A DNA stretch of 64,000 bases, taken from positions 6,528 through 70,527 of the IMG/VR virus record IMGVR_UViG_3300032213_002833; one strand, given 5' to 3'. The position numbers were made by a program, and so were the translations under genes. The notes under the pieces were generated by a model. That model saw only the letters and a program-made list of their open reading frames with translations. It was not told where the DNA came from and did no database searches. This stretch comes from a virus. Below are positions 37,432 to 45,096 of this stretch, piece after piece (the stretch's first letter is position 1; each line of letters opens with the position of its first letter).

Positions 37432-39504
37432 TTATCTTATAATTTTCTTTGAAGTACCATCTTCGTACACCTCAAACACAACCCCTTTAACTTCAGGGCC
37501 TACTTCTTGCCCCATTAGATTAACATATTTAACCACTTTTTTTACTTTAATAGTATTATCTAAAGCAATTGGACCATATACTTTAAATTGTCCATCTATA
37601 TCATGTTGAACTAATCTATAGTAATTTAAACCAAAATAATCAATATTATCCAAATAATAATAATTGATATTTTCAGTTGAATTACCTGCTGATGGTTTAT
37701 TTGCTATTTCTCTCCAAGTTTCACCATTAATTGATTTCTCAACTATAAAATGAGATGAATTTTGTTCAGATGCTGTAGCCCATTTTAAATTATTGAATGT
37801 TGGGTATTCTATTCCTTCAAAATATAGAAGTTCTACTGGTAATGCTTGTGGGGAAGTTATTGATATTTTAAAGGTTCCTGTTGTTCCACCTCCATATTCC
37901 CAAACACGAATGTATATTGTTTCATATTGATTAAAATCTGATCTAGTAATATAAGACATTGCACCATTTGGGCTATCATCATCATCACATTCAATTTCTA
38001 TTAATGCACCAATTGTTCCCCTATATATTGCCATACCAGCATCTGTTATATTCCCAGTTTGTGTATCAAAATCTAAAGCATATATGTGTTGAGGTACTAT
38101 AATTTTAAACCAAACATCTTCACCAATGTATGAAGCACATGATGGTGTGGATTCTGTTGTTGTATTTGAAGAATATAAATTTGTATATGTTACATAATTA
38201 ATACCATTAGTTATAGTTAATTCAATGGCTTCACTAGGATTATCATTTGTAGGAGGGGAGGGTGGAGCAGTACAAGTTCTACTTATAGTAAATGTACCTG
38301 TAGTAGTATTACCTGTTGAATAATGGGCAATCCAAACGTAATATTGTTGTAAATTTGTTGTAGTAAATGTATAACTTTCAACGGAATTTGATAGAGCATC
38401 ATCTTTAGAAGCGATAATTGAAAACGAACCACAAGATATCCCAGATAAAATGACCATTTCATGATCAAACACTGCTGTTGAGGATATTGTTGTTTGCTGT
38501 CCATCCCCAGTAAATTTATACCATACACCAAAGCTAGAAGTTACTGAACTTGCTGGTGGTGTTTCGGATACAGAATTTAATGTTGTACCAGCTAAATTAG
38601 ATGTTGCACAAGGTAAAGATGTTGCTCCTGAGCAGAGATCATTTGAGGGGGGAGTTAATGTTGTAAAAGACCAAGTAGAACATCCAGTTGCTAAACCAAC
38701 TGAGTTTTGAGGAACAATTTTCCAATAATAAGTTGTTCCAGTAGAAAGAGTTGGAGTATATGAAGTACCAGCTTGGTTTGTTGATACTAAGGGAGGTGTT
38801 GGTGAATTACCAAAATATACATCATATCCAGTTGCTCCACTAGCAGCTGCCCAAGATAAAATTTGATTTGTTGCTATATTTGTTGCACTATTTGTAGGGG
38901 ATGTTGGGGACGCTATACATGAAGGAGCAGTTGTAGATGGAGTATATGTTACTGTAATGTTGTCAAGTAAAGCGGGTGGGGAAACTCCACCACTAGCATC
39001 ATTTCTCCACGTAAATATTATTCTACGGGTTGTTCCTGCAATTGTGTTTGGTAAATTATATGTTGTTGTAGCACATACTGTTTGTCCTTGTAAAGTTCCT
39101 AAAAGTACACGACTCGCATTTGAAGTAATTAATGTTCCTGCTGTTGGGGAAAATGAATTTATACAAGACCAAGTTTGTAAATAATCAAAACTAGCTTCTC
39201 CATTTAATTTTCTATTAAAAGAAAGTTGAATATTTGTAGCACCTGAGGGGATAACTACATCTAAATAGGCATGAACAGTAGATGCTGATGTAATAGTATA
39301 TGCGTAAGATGAATTATTGTTACTAATATATAAAGCAGAAAGTCCATTACATTGATTAGATGAACCTCTAAACCATTTATTCGTTTGGGTTCCATTAGTT
39401 AGAGTTAATGAATTAGCAGATTCAAATGTTTCACTAAATGCTGTGGTTTGAGCATCTAGAAATAAATTTACTGAAAGGGAAATAAATAAAATTAAGTTTT
39501 TCAT
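37432..39504 (-). CDS. secreted multidomain protein resembling Bacteroidota T9SS cargo (FN3 / beta-sandwich domains)
   Basis: signal-peptide-like MKNLILFISL...AQ; FN3 'LSW...GYDVYFG...TYYWKIVP'; 'PSNDLC', 'DVWF', 'LPVELLYF', 'YYRLVQHDIDG'; CTD-like 'YVNLMGQEV...KKII'. Confidence 0.7.
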   Translation of the reverse strand: MKNLILFISLSVNLFLDAQTTAFSETFESANSLTLTNGTQTNKWFRGSSNQCNGLSALYISNNNSSYAYTITSASTVHAYLDVVIPSGATNIQLSFNRKLNGEASFDYLQTWSCINSFSPTAGTLITSNASRVLLGTLQGQTVCATTTYNLPNTIAGTTRRIIFTWRNDASGGVSPPALLDNITVTYTPSTTAPSCIASPTSPTNSATNIATNQILSWAAASGATGYDVYFGNSPTPPLVSTNQAGTSYTPTLSTGTTYYWKIVPQNSVGLATGCSTWSFTTLTPPSNDLCSGATSLPCATSNLAGTTLNSVSETPPASSVTSSFGVWYKFTGDGQQTTISSTAVFDHEMVILSGISCGSFSIIASKDDALSNSVESYTFTTTNLQQYYVWIAHYSTGNTTTGTFTISRTCTAPPSPPTNDNPSEAIELTITNGINYVTYTNLYSSNTTTESTPSCASYIGEDVWFKIIVPQHIYALDFDTQTGNITDAGMAIYRGTIGALIEIECDDDDSPNGAMSYITRSDFNQYETIYIRVWEYGGGTTGTFKISITSPQALPVELLYFEGIEYPTFNNLKWATASEQNSSHFIVEKSINGETWREIANKPSAGNSTENINYYYLDNIDYFGLNYYRLVQHDIDGQFKVYGPIALDNTIKVKKVVKYVNLMGQEVGPEVKGVVFEVYEDGTSKKIIR

Positions 39505-39639
39505 ATTAAAAAAATTAATACTCACTTGAAGAACCTTTATAAGAAACCCCCATCTACCATGGGCCGGTCGAGTTTTGTTTATAAATATTTTAAATTAAAA
39601 TAAAACGTAGGAGGTTTGACGGTTATTTACTATTTATCG

Positions 39640-40032
39640 TTATCCTTTGAGTATTTGTTTGGATCCTTCCCAAGATCCTTTTAACACGACTTTATCTATT
39701 CGAGAGTCAATGTAGCTTTTTGCTTCACCAATGGCACGATGAAGTTCTTCTTCGTGTTTGTGGTGTTCTCTATCGATGTGGTCGATTTGATTTAATATGG
39801 TTTTTTCAACCATTGATACATCGCGGCCTGTAATTTCAAATTGTTTCCAAACTTCGCGATTTTTGTCTTCGATTTCTCGTCTTAAATCACCTTCAATGGC
39901 AGCACATAGCTGTTGAAGTGATTCTGTTTTTCTAGTTAATTGATTAATCTTAGCCAAACCTACAACAATAGAAGCAGATATTCCTGCTGCCACAATCGTA
40001 AGCATACCTAAAACAAATGATGTTATTTCCAT
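39640..40032 (-). CDS. membrane-anchored coiled-coil protein
   Basis: N-terminal TM helix, coiled coil, 'SYIDSRIDK'. Confidence 0.65.
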   Translation of the reverse strand: MEITSFVLGMLTIVAAGISASIVVGLAKINQLTRKTESLQQLCAAIEGDLRREIEDKNREVWKQFEITGRDVSMVEKTILNQIDHIDREHHKHEEELHRAIGEAKSYIDSRIDKVVLKGSWEGSKQILKG

Positions 40033-40108
40033 GTTTTCTAATTTTTATATGTCAAAGAACTCCTACGTTTGCCCTTAATATAATATTCCTTTTTTAAATA
40101 ACCAAGGA

Positions 40109-40137
40109 AAAATAAACCCTACTGTAAAGTAGGGTTG
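40109..40137 (-). terminator. terminator hairpin after tRNA-Ala
   Basis: AACCCTAC-TTTACA-GTAGGGTT-TATTTTT. Confidence 0.65.
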
Positions 40138-40140
40138 AAG

Positions 40141-40214
40141 TGGAGGATAACGGATTCGAACCGTTGACCCTTTGCGTGCAAGGCAAATGCTCTAGCCAAC
40201 TGAGCTAATCCCCC
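40141..40214 (-). tRNA. tRNA-Ala(TGC)
   Basis: GGGGGATTAGCTCAG...CTTGCAC...GGTTCGAATCC...ATCCTCCA; G3:U70 pair. Confidence 0.95.
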
Positions 40215-40591
40215 AACAATTTATAAAATAGAGTAAATGTTAAACCAAATATAATTCTAGTCACTATTACCCATAAAATAACCAACCATATACTATTACA
40301 TGGAATAGCTATAAACAACACCCCAGCAAATATAAATAAATTTCTCAAAAGCTTAAATAAATGCCAAGCATCTGTTAAACCTACAAATATTGTTGTTGAT
40401 CCTGGGAATTTGGCTCCTTCTGTTGGATCTCCATTTTTATATTTGTTTCTCCAAGACAGGGTTGGGTCCCAAAATCTTTTATTTCTAAAACAATAAAATA
40501 TAGAATATGAATAGTGGAACTGTAAAGTATCCATTATTGCTTCAAATAAACCAGCAAAAGCAAAAAACAATATGCCTATTAAGGGAATCAA
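40205..40591 (-). CDS. membrane protein
   Basis: 'SWRNKYKNGDP', 'LTDAWHLFK', several TM helices; 3' end overlaps tRNA-Ala by about 10 nt. Confidence 0.7.
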   Translation of the reverse strand: MIPLIGILFFAFAGLFEAIMDTLQFHYSYSIFYCFRNKRFWDPTLSWRNKYKNGDPTEGAKFPGSTTIFVGLTDAWHLFKLLRNLFIFAGVLFIAIPCNSIWLVILWVIVTRIIFGLTFTLFYKLLGD

Positions 40592-40770
40592 TGTTTTTTT
40601 CTATTTTGAATGTAGTAAACTAAATTTGCTACAAAACCTCCATACACTGCAATAAAAGTGGAGATTTTTAAGTACCAACTATCAAGATATCCATTTGCTA
40701 ACCAAAATGGCCATAAAATACACATTACACCTAAAAATACAATTGCTAATATGCTAGTTATGTTATTCAT
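40588..40770 (-). CDS. small membrane protein
   Basis: start moved to MNNITSIL after the ATATTTATA motif; two TM helices. Confidence 0.55.
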   Translation of the reverse strand: MNNITSILAIVFLGVMCILWPFWLANGYLDSWYLKISTFIAVYGGFVANLVYYIQNRKKH

Positions 40771-40786
40771 GTTTATAAATATTAAG

Positions 40787-40873
40787 CGGAAGTGGTAGGA
40801 TTCGAACCTACGGAACCCTTTCGAGTTCACTAGTTTTCAAGACTAGCCTTTTAAGCCGCTCAAGCACACTTCC
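40787..40873 (-). tRNA. tRNA-Ser(TGA)
   Basis: CTAGT-CTTGAAA-ACTAG anticodon arm, long variable arm, GGTTCGAATCC. Confidence 0.93.
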
Positions 40874-40890
40874 ATTTATAAATATGTTAG

Positions 40891-40974
40891 TACTCGGAGT
40901 GGGACTTGAACCCACACGACCAACTGGCCAACAGATTTTAAGTCTGTCTTGTCTACCATTTCCAACATCCGAGC
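40891..40974 (-). tRNA. tRNA-Leu(TAA)
   Basis: ACAGA-CTTAAAA-TCTGT anticodon arm, variable arm, GGTTCAAGTCC. Confidence 0.93.
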
Positions 40975-40979
40975 ATTTG

Positions 40980-41053
40980 CGGTGCGTATGGGATTCGAAC
41001 CCATGACCCCTTGCGTGACAGGCAAGTATTCTAACCAACTGAACTAACGCACC
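40980..41053 (-). tRNA. tRNA-Asp(GTC)
   Basis: CTTGC-CTGTCAC-GCAAG; complete cloverleaf. Confidence 0.95.
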
Positions 41054-41057
41054 TTTG

Positions 41058-41130
41058 AGCCGATGGAGGGATTCGAACCCCCGACCTACTGATTACAAAT
41101 CAGTTGCTCTACCAGCTGAGCTACATCGGC
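41058..41130 (-). tRNA. tRNA-Thr(TGT)
   Basis: ACTGA-TTTGTAA-TCAGT; complete cloverleaf. Confidence 0.95.
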
Positions 41131-41510
41131 AAAAAACCCCTAGTAGTATTCCAAGCGTCCTTGGCACTTGCTAGGGGGTGATACTTGGTTATAGGGTTGT
41201 CTATGAAGGCACCGTCGCGCACCCATAAAGCAGATCCCATTTCCCAATATCGAGAAAGACCATCTGAGTGAGCAGATCTAACGGTATGCCCGATGGTACT
41301 TGGCCTACGTCTATCTCAACGCAGGGGGGAGTGTTACATTGATTTGGGTTCAATGTAAAAAACCTTTGTAGACTCCAAACCATAAGGTAAAGAGCAACTC
41401 TAGAACCGGAGAACTAGAGGATCCCAATGTTTCCATTGGTGGGGTAAAAGACCTACCCTGGTACGCTCGATCGGGGGCACCCCAGTCCAGAAGCGTGGTA
41501 GGTACTGTCA
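41131..41510 (-). ncRNA. unassigned large structured RNA (about 380 nt)
   Basis: GC-rich island with at least 7 clear hairpins, upstream ATATTTATA motif and a 3' hairpin plus T6. Confidence 0.6.
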
Positions 41511-41512
41511 AA

Positions 41513-41866
41513 CTATAAATATTGTTTAAGTAATTCTCCTTTATAGTGTTTTTCATATGTTCCTCGAGGATCATCATAATATATTGCCATATACTTTGCC
41601 AATTTATCAAATGATTCAAATACAAATGTTTGACAACCAACACTAACAATAAACCCATTATGTACGTGTTTAATGGTTACATCATACTGGGCTAATTTAT
41701 CATTCATGTCTACAACAGGCATTGGTCTGCAATCTTCTTCTCTCTCATATGCTTCAAGTGCTGGTGTTTCATCTTGAGCAGATTCCTCCAGGTTGATAAT
41801 GTCTGCAATTGCGTCTTGAAATGCTCTTCCTAGATCTGCTACTTGTTCTTGTTGTCTTCTGTTCAT
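41513..41866 (-). CDS. hypothetical protein (start moved to MNRRQQEQ)
   Basis: 'VTIKHVHNGFIVSVGCQTFVFES'; the longer ORF call overlaps a tRNA-like element. Confidence 0.65.
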   Translation of the reverse strand: MNRRQQEQVADLGRAFQDAIADIINLEESAQDETPALEAYEREEDCRPMPVVDMNDKLAQYDVTIKHVHNGFIVSVGCQTFVFESFDKLAKYMAIYYDDPRGTYEKHYKGELLKQYL

Positions 41867-41945
41867 ATAACTTATTTTATTTAAAAAAGGACTTGTAAAA
41901 CCCATCTCCATTGAGGTAAGGAAACTCCATCCAATGTTTTTTGCG

Positions 41946-42069
41946 TAGTCAGGACAGGATTCGAACCTGTAATGGTTGTTAGTGGCTTTGTTGACGGGCG
42001 GTACAGCTTCCACACTGCATCTCCCAATACCAATTCTAACTCAGCGTCTACCAATTACGCCACCTGACT
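41946..42069 (-). ncRNA. tRNA-like element 3 with an extended (~70 nt) anticodon-position hairpin
   Basis: AGTCAGG-TGGCGTAATTGGTAGACGC...ACAGGTTCGAATCCTGT-CCTGACT-A. Confidence 0.72.
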
Positions 42070-42168
42070 ATAAAAACACACTCTTTAGCCTTCTACTCCC
42101 AGCCCCGAGAAATTGTATATAGCTTAGCCCGCCTCACCGCTGTGTGGGAACTGAAGTTTATGTGTTTG

Positions 42169-42233
42169 TAACCAGGAAGGGACTCGAACCCTTTGCAGCA
42201 TTAGGACGTTTCCCCGTACGCCAAACCCTGGTT
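42169..42233 (-). ncRNA. tRNA-like element 4 (acceptor and T arm, no D stem)
   Basis: AACCAGG...AAGGG-TTCGAGT-CCCTT-CCTGGTT-A. Confidence 0.6.
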
Positions 42234-42398
42234 GGGGGGTGGAGATTTGTAAACCAACGCATGATCACCCTTACGTCTTGTTTCTTTTGTCTTCGGCACT
42301 CCACCATTGTAAGTACAACTTAACTTGCGCCGCCGTTCACGAATCTTCCGAAATTCTAACGGCTGTTACTGTTAACTATCGGAATCAAGTAACTGCTG

Positions 42399-42470
42399 TA
42401 TTCGGTATGGGGTTCGAACCCATGCTTCCGCCGTGAAAGGGCGGCGTGTTAACCACTTCACTAACCGAAC
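42399..42470 (-). tRNA. tRNA-Glu(TTC)
   Basis: CCGCC-CTTTCAC-GGCGG; GGTTCGAACCC. Confidence 0.92.
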
Positions 42471-42599
42471 ATAGTTTTATTTCCTTTGTTTGTTTTTTCT
42501 GCTTGCTTCTGTTTTTACAAACGTTATCCAACCTTGTAATTGTTCTACTCTTTGTTTTGCACTTACTTTACTCATGTTTTTTATTTAAATCTACTAATT

Positions 42600-43070
42600 T
42601 TATTTTACTACTCCAAGTTCTTTTTCTACTTCTTTGATATGTTTGCATTTTCTATCACGAGCTCTCCATACACCAGGACAATCACAACGTAAAAATCCAT
42701 TTTTTGTTTCTTTTACAAGATATGTTCCACCCCCACTTGAACTTTCAAAACTCCAACTTTTTAATTCTGGTTGTTTTGGTTTTAATTGCGTTTCCTCTAC
42801 TTTAATTTTAGGTAAATTATCAATTACTATAATGTCATCTAAAGTTGTTTCAGGGTGGCATTCTATACCTGCTGGCATAATAACTGTCTTATTAAATAGT
42901 CTAGCTATTGCTAATGGTAAATATGTATGTTTTTCAACCTTGTATTTGAATGGCCTACAATGGCAAAATGTTATATCATCTTGGTTTGGGTAAACAACAG
43001 CATCTTTATTTAATACTATTTTTGTTTCTTTTCTACCATCACCGTACTCTATAACTAATTCCTTTAACAT
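42600..43070 (-). CDS. SWIM zinc-finger protein
   Basis: 'YLVK...CDCPG...CKHI'. Confidence 0.75.
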   Translation of the reverse strand: MLKELVIEYGDGRKETKIVLNKDAVVYPNQDDITFCHCRPFKYKVEKHTYLPLAIARLFNKTVIMPAGIECHPETTLDDIIVIDNLPKIKVEETQLKPKQPELKSWSFESSSGGGTYLVKETKNGFLRCDCPGVWRARDRKCKHIKEVEKELGVVK

Positions 43071-43118
43071 AACCTTTCTTTTGAATTAAATATACGAAAG
43101 AAAAATTTAAAAGCCAAA

Positions 43119-43472
43119 TTACTTTTTGGTTCTTTTTTTACTGTCCTTTACATCATTAAGTAATTGTTTTGTCTTTAAAAATTTTATTGCCTTAACAATT
43201 TCGGCACATCCTTCATATAGCTCATTGTCTTCATATATAGACAAGTTACTTTCCAACGTTTCAATAAAATCTTGTCTATCAACTGTTACGTCATATATCG
43301 TTTCTTCATTTTCCACTAGTATTGAAAGAGCATGGAGATAACGCTTTCTTCCAGTTAAATTTTTTAAAATAGTTTCAACTAACGCTTTTGAAATTCTCAA
43401 ATCACGCTGAGCAACCATTTTCTCAAACTCCTCACTATCAAATACACTAATTTCTATTGCCATGTCTGTCAT
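43119..43472 (-). CDS. hypothetical protein, UVR-like motif
   Basis: 'YEDNELYEGCAEI'. Confidence 0.65.
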   Translation of the reverse strand: MTDMAIEISVFDSEEFEKMVAQRDLRISKALVETILKNLTGRKRYLHALSILVENEETIYDVTVDRQDFIETLESNLSIYEDNELYEGCAEIVKAIKFLKTKQLLNDVKDSKKRTKK

Positions 43473-43643
43473 ATTAAAATAAATTTAAAAACTTAGGATC
43501 AATTTCTTTTCCCTTTAATTTACTATTTCTCTCGTCATTCTCCAACATCTTTGTAGCGATTTTTTCAAGATGTTTTTCCTTTTGTTTATCGTAGTCTCTA
43601 ACTATTTTACTATGTTTTTTGCTTTTCATTTCAGTTATACATA

Positions 43644-44291
43644 TTATTTTTTTCTTGAAACTAAATCATATGGGTCATCACTTACTTTTCCATTAAATCC
43701 CCCTAGTTCCTCTAAACGTTTAGCTGTATATGAGTCTATTTGAAAATCAACTTTTTCAGTTGTATTGTATACGGCATGTCCCTCAATTGATTCAATATCT
43801 TTGTCAGTGAATACATTTCCTATATTCATAAAATAACAGTTATAACAAGATAATTGAGCATTTCCATTTGTATAGTCGTGTTTATGGTTATTTAAAAACG
43901 TCATCAACAATGGTGTTTTACCATCAACATCTCTTCTTTCATCAAACCCACAATAGTAACATTGCTCTAACATATAACCTGATTCAATTAATTTGAATTT
44001 AAGTTTTTCAGCATTAAATGAAGAAGCATCTACTGTCCCATTTACAATTTCCTCTATTGGGGCTATTTTATCTAAATGACTACTGGTGATAAATTTTGGG
44101 ATACCTTTACCACTTTGATTTTTATGTAATTCAAACAAAGACAAACCTGTTTCCTCGTCTTTGTAAGCTTTCATAAATGGCTTCAAATGCTGGTAAGAAC
44201 AATTTAAATATCTAGCTGCTGCTCTAACTGAGCGAGTATATTTCATTGCTCTGACACAATCTTCTTTTGATATGGGTTTGGGTTGGGCCAT
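43644..44291 (-). CDS. HTH plus degenerate HNH-like zinc-binding protein
   Basis: 'SVRAAARYLNCSY'; 'CYYCG...NAQLSCYNCY'. Confidence 0.6.
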   Translation of the reverse strand: MAQPKPISKEDCVRAMKYTRSVRAAARYLNCSYQHLKPFMKAYKDEETGLSLFELHKNQSGKGIPKFITSSHLDKIAPIEEIVNGTVDASSFNAEKLKFKLIESGYMLEQCYYCGFDERRDVDGKTPLLMTFLNNHKHDYTNGNAQLSCYNCYFMNIGNVFTDKDIESIEGHAVYNTTEKVDFQIDSYTAKRLEELGGFNGKVSDDPYDLVSRKK

Positions 44292-44292
44292 A

Positions 44293-44601
44293 CTATAGAT
44301 CTTCTATTCCATCCAATAATGTATTATCCCAAAGTTTCATATCATCATCTGCATCATCATTTAATTCTACTTTATCAAATGATATGTTTTTAGGTTGTTT
44401 AATGCGTTCCATTCTATCTGCTTCATTTGCGTCTAAAATTACCATATCATTCCAAGTATGGTCTTTTTCACCATAAACCATTGACATACCTTTTTTAGCT
44501 CCAACTGTAGAGCAATCAACACATGTTTTTGTGTTTGGAAGTGCTTTTACCCTTAAAGGATTAATTTCTTCTTTACATTTAATGCACATTCTACTTTCCA
44601 T
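44293..44601 (-). CDS. TraR/DksA C4-type zinc-finger protein
   Basis: 'CIKCKEEINPLRVKALPNTKTCVDC'. Confidence 0.8.
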   Translation of the reverse strand: MESRMCIKCKEEINPLRVKALPNTKTCVDCSTVGAKKGMSMVYGEKDHTWNDMVILDANEADRMERIKQPKNISFDKVELNDDADDDMKLWDNTLLDGIEDL

Positions 44602-44974
44602 CGTATCGTTTTAAAAATTTATATAATTGTACAGGAGTTTCAATTTTATGTTTAACTCCATCTTCATCCATTAAAGGATATACCCCACCTTCAGAGGAAA
44701 TACTATCAAATACCCACCATAAAATAATTTCAGTTTTTAATTCACCAAAATATTTTTCCATAAGTAGTCTTATTGATATTATGTATGGATTATCATATTT
44801 TTCTATATGAACACCAACTGTGCCTAAAACAGCACTTACTGCCTCAATTTGACACATGTTTTCAAGTAACTCAAAGAAAAATTTCTCCTCTTTTTTCCCT
44901 AATGACTTTTCACTTTCTTTTACCCTACCATGTTTTCCAACCAGTTCAGATAAATTTTTAAACTTTTCGCTCAT
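44591..44974 (-). CDS. hypothetical protein
   Basis: 127-aa ORF. Confidence 0.65.
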   Translation of the reverse strand: MSEKFKNLSELVGKHGRVKESEKSLGKKEEKFFFELLENMCQIEAVSAVLGTVGVHIEKYDNPYIISIRLLMEKYFGELKTEIILWWVFDSISSEGGVYPLMDEDGVKHKIETPVQLYKFLKRYDGK

Positions 44975-45096
44975 ATTTTTTAATATTGAATATTTTTACA
45001 AAATCATCAATTTCAATTCGTTTTGTAATAGCTGCTTTTTTAATAGCTTCAGTTATATTATCTGCTTGAATTTTACCTTGTGCCTCTTGGGATGAA

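Noticed and set aside
38283-38531. Nested minus-strand ORFs 38283-38531 and 53603-53785
   Set aside because: Alternate frames inside well-supported long genes.
41131-41510. RNase P RNA or tmRNA identity for the large RNA
   Set aside because: No GAGGAAAGTCC or CAGAA..GGCTTA P4 motifs, and no Ala acceptor stem with T arm and tag ORF.
40808-41658. ORFs 40808-41038, 41201-41383 and 41350-41658
   Set aside because: They overlap tRNAs, the structured ncRNA or the real 41513 gene in another frame, and have atypical composition.
42235-42306. tmRNA-like CTCCACCA end on the + strand
   Set aside because: No T loop precedes it, the span is too short, and neighbouring RNAs are all on the minus strand.
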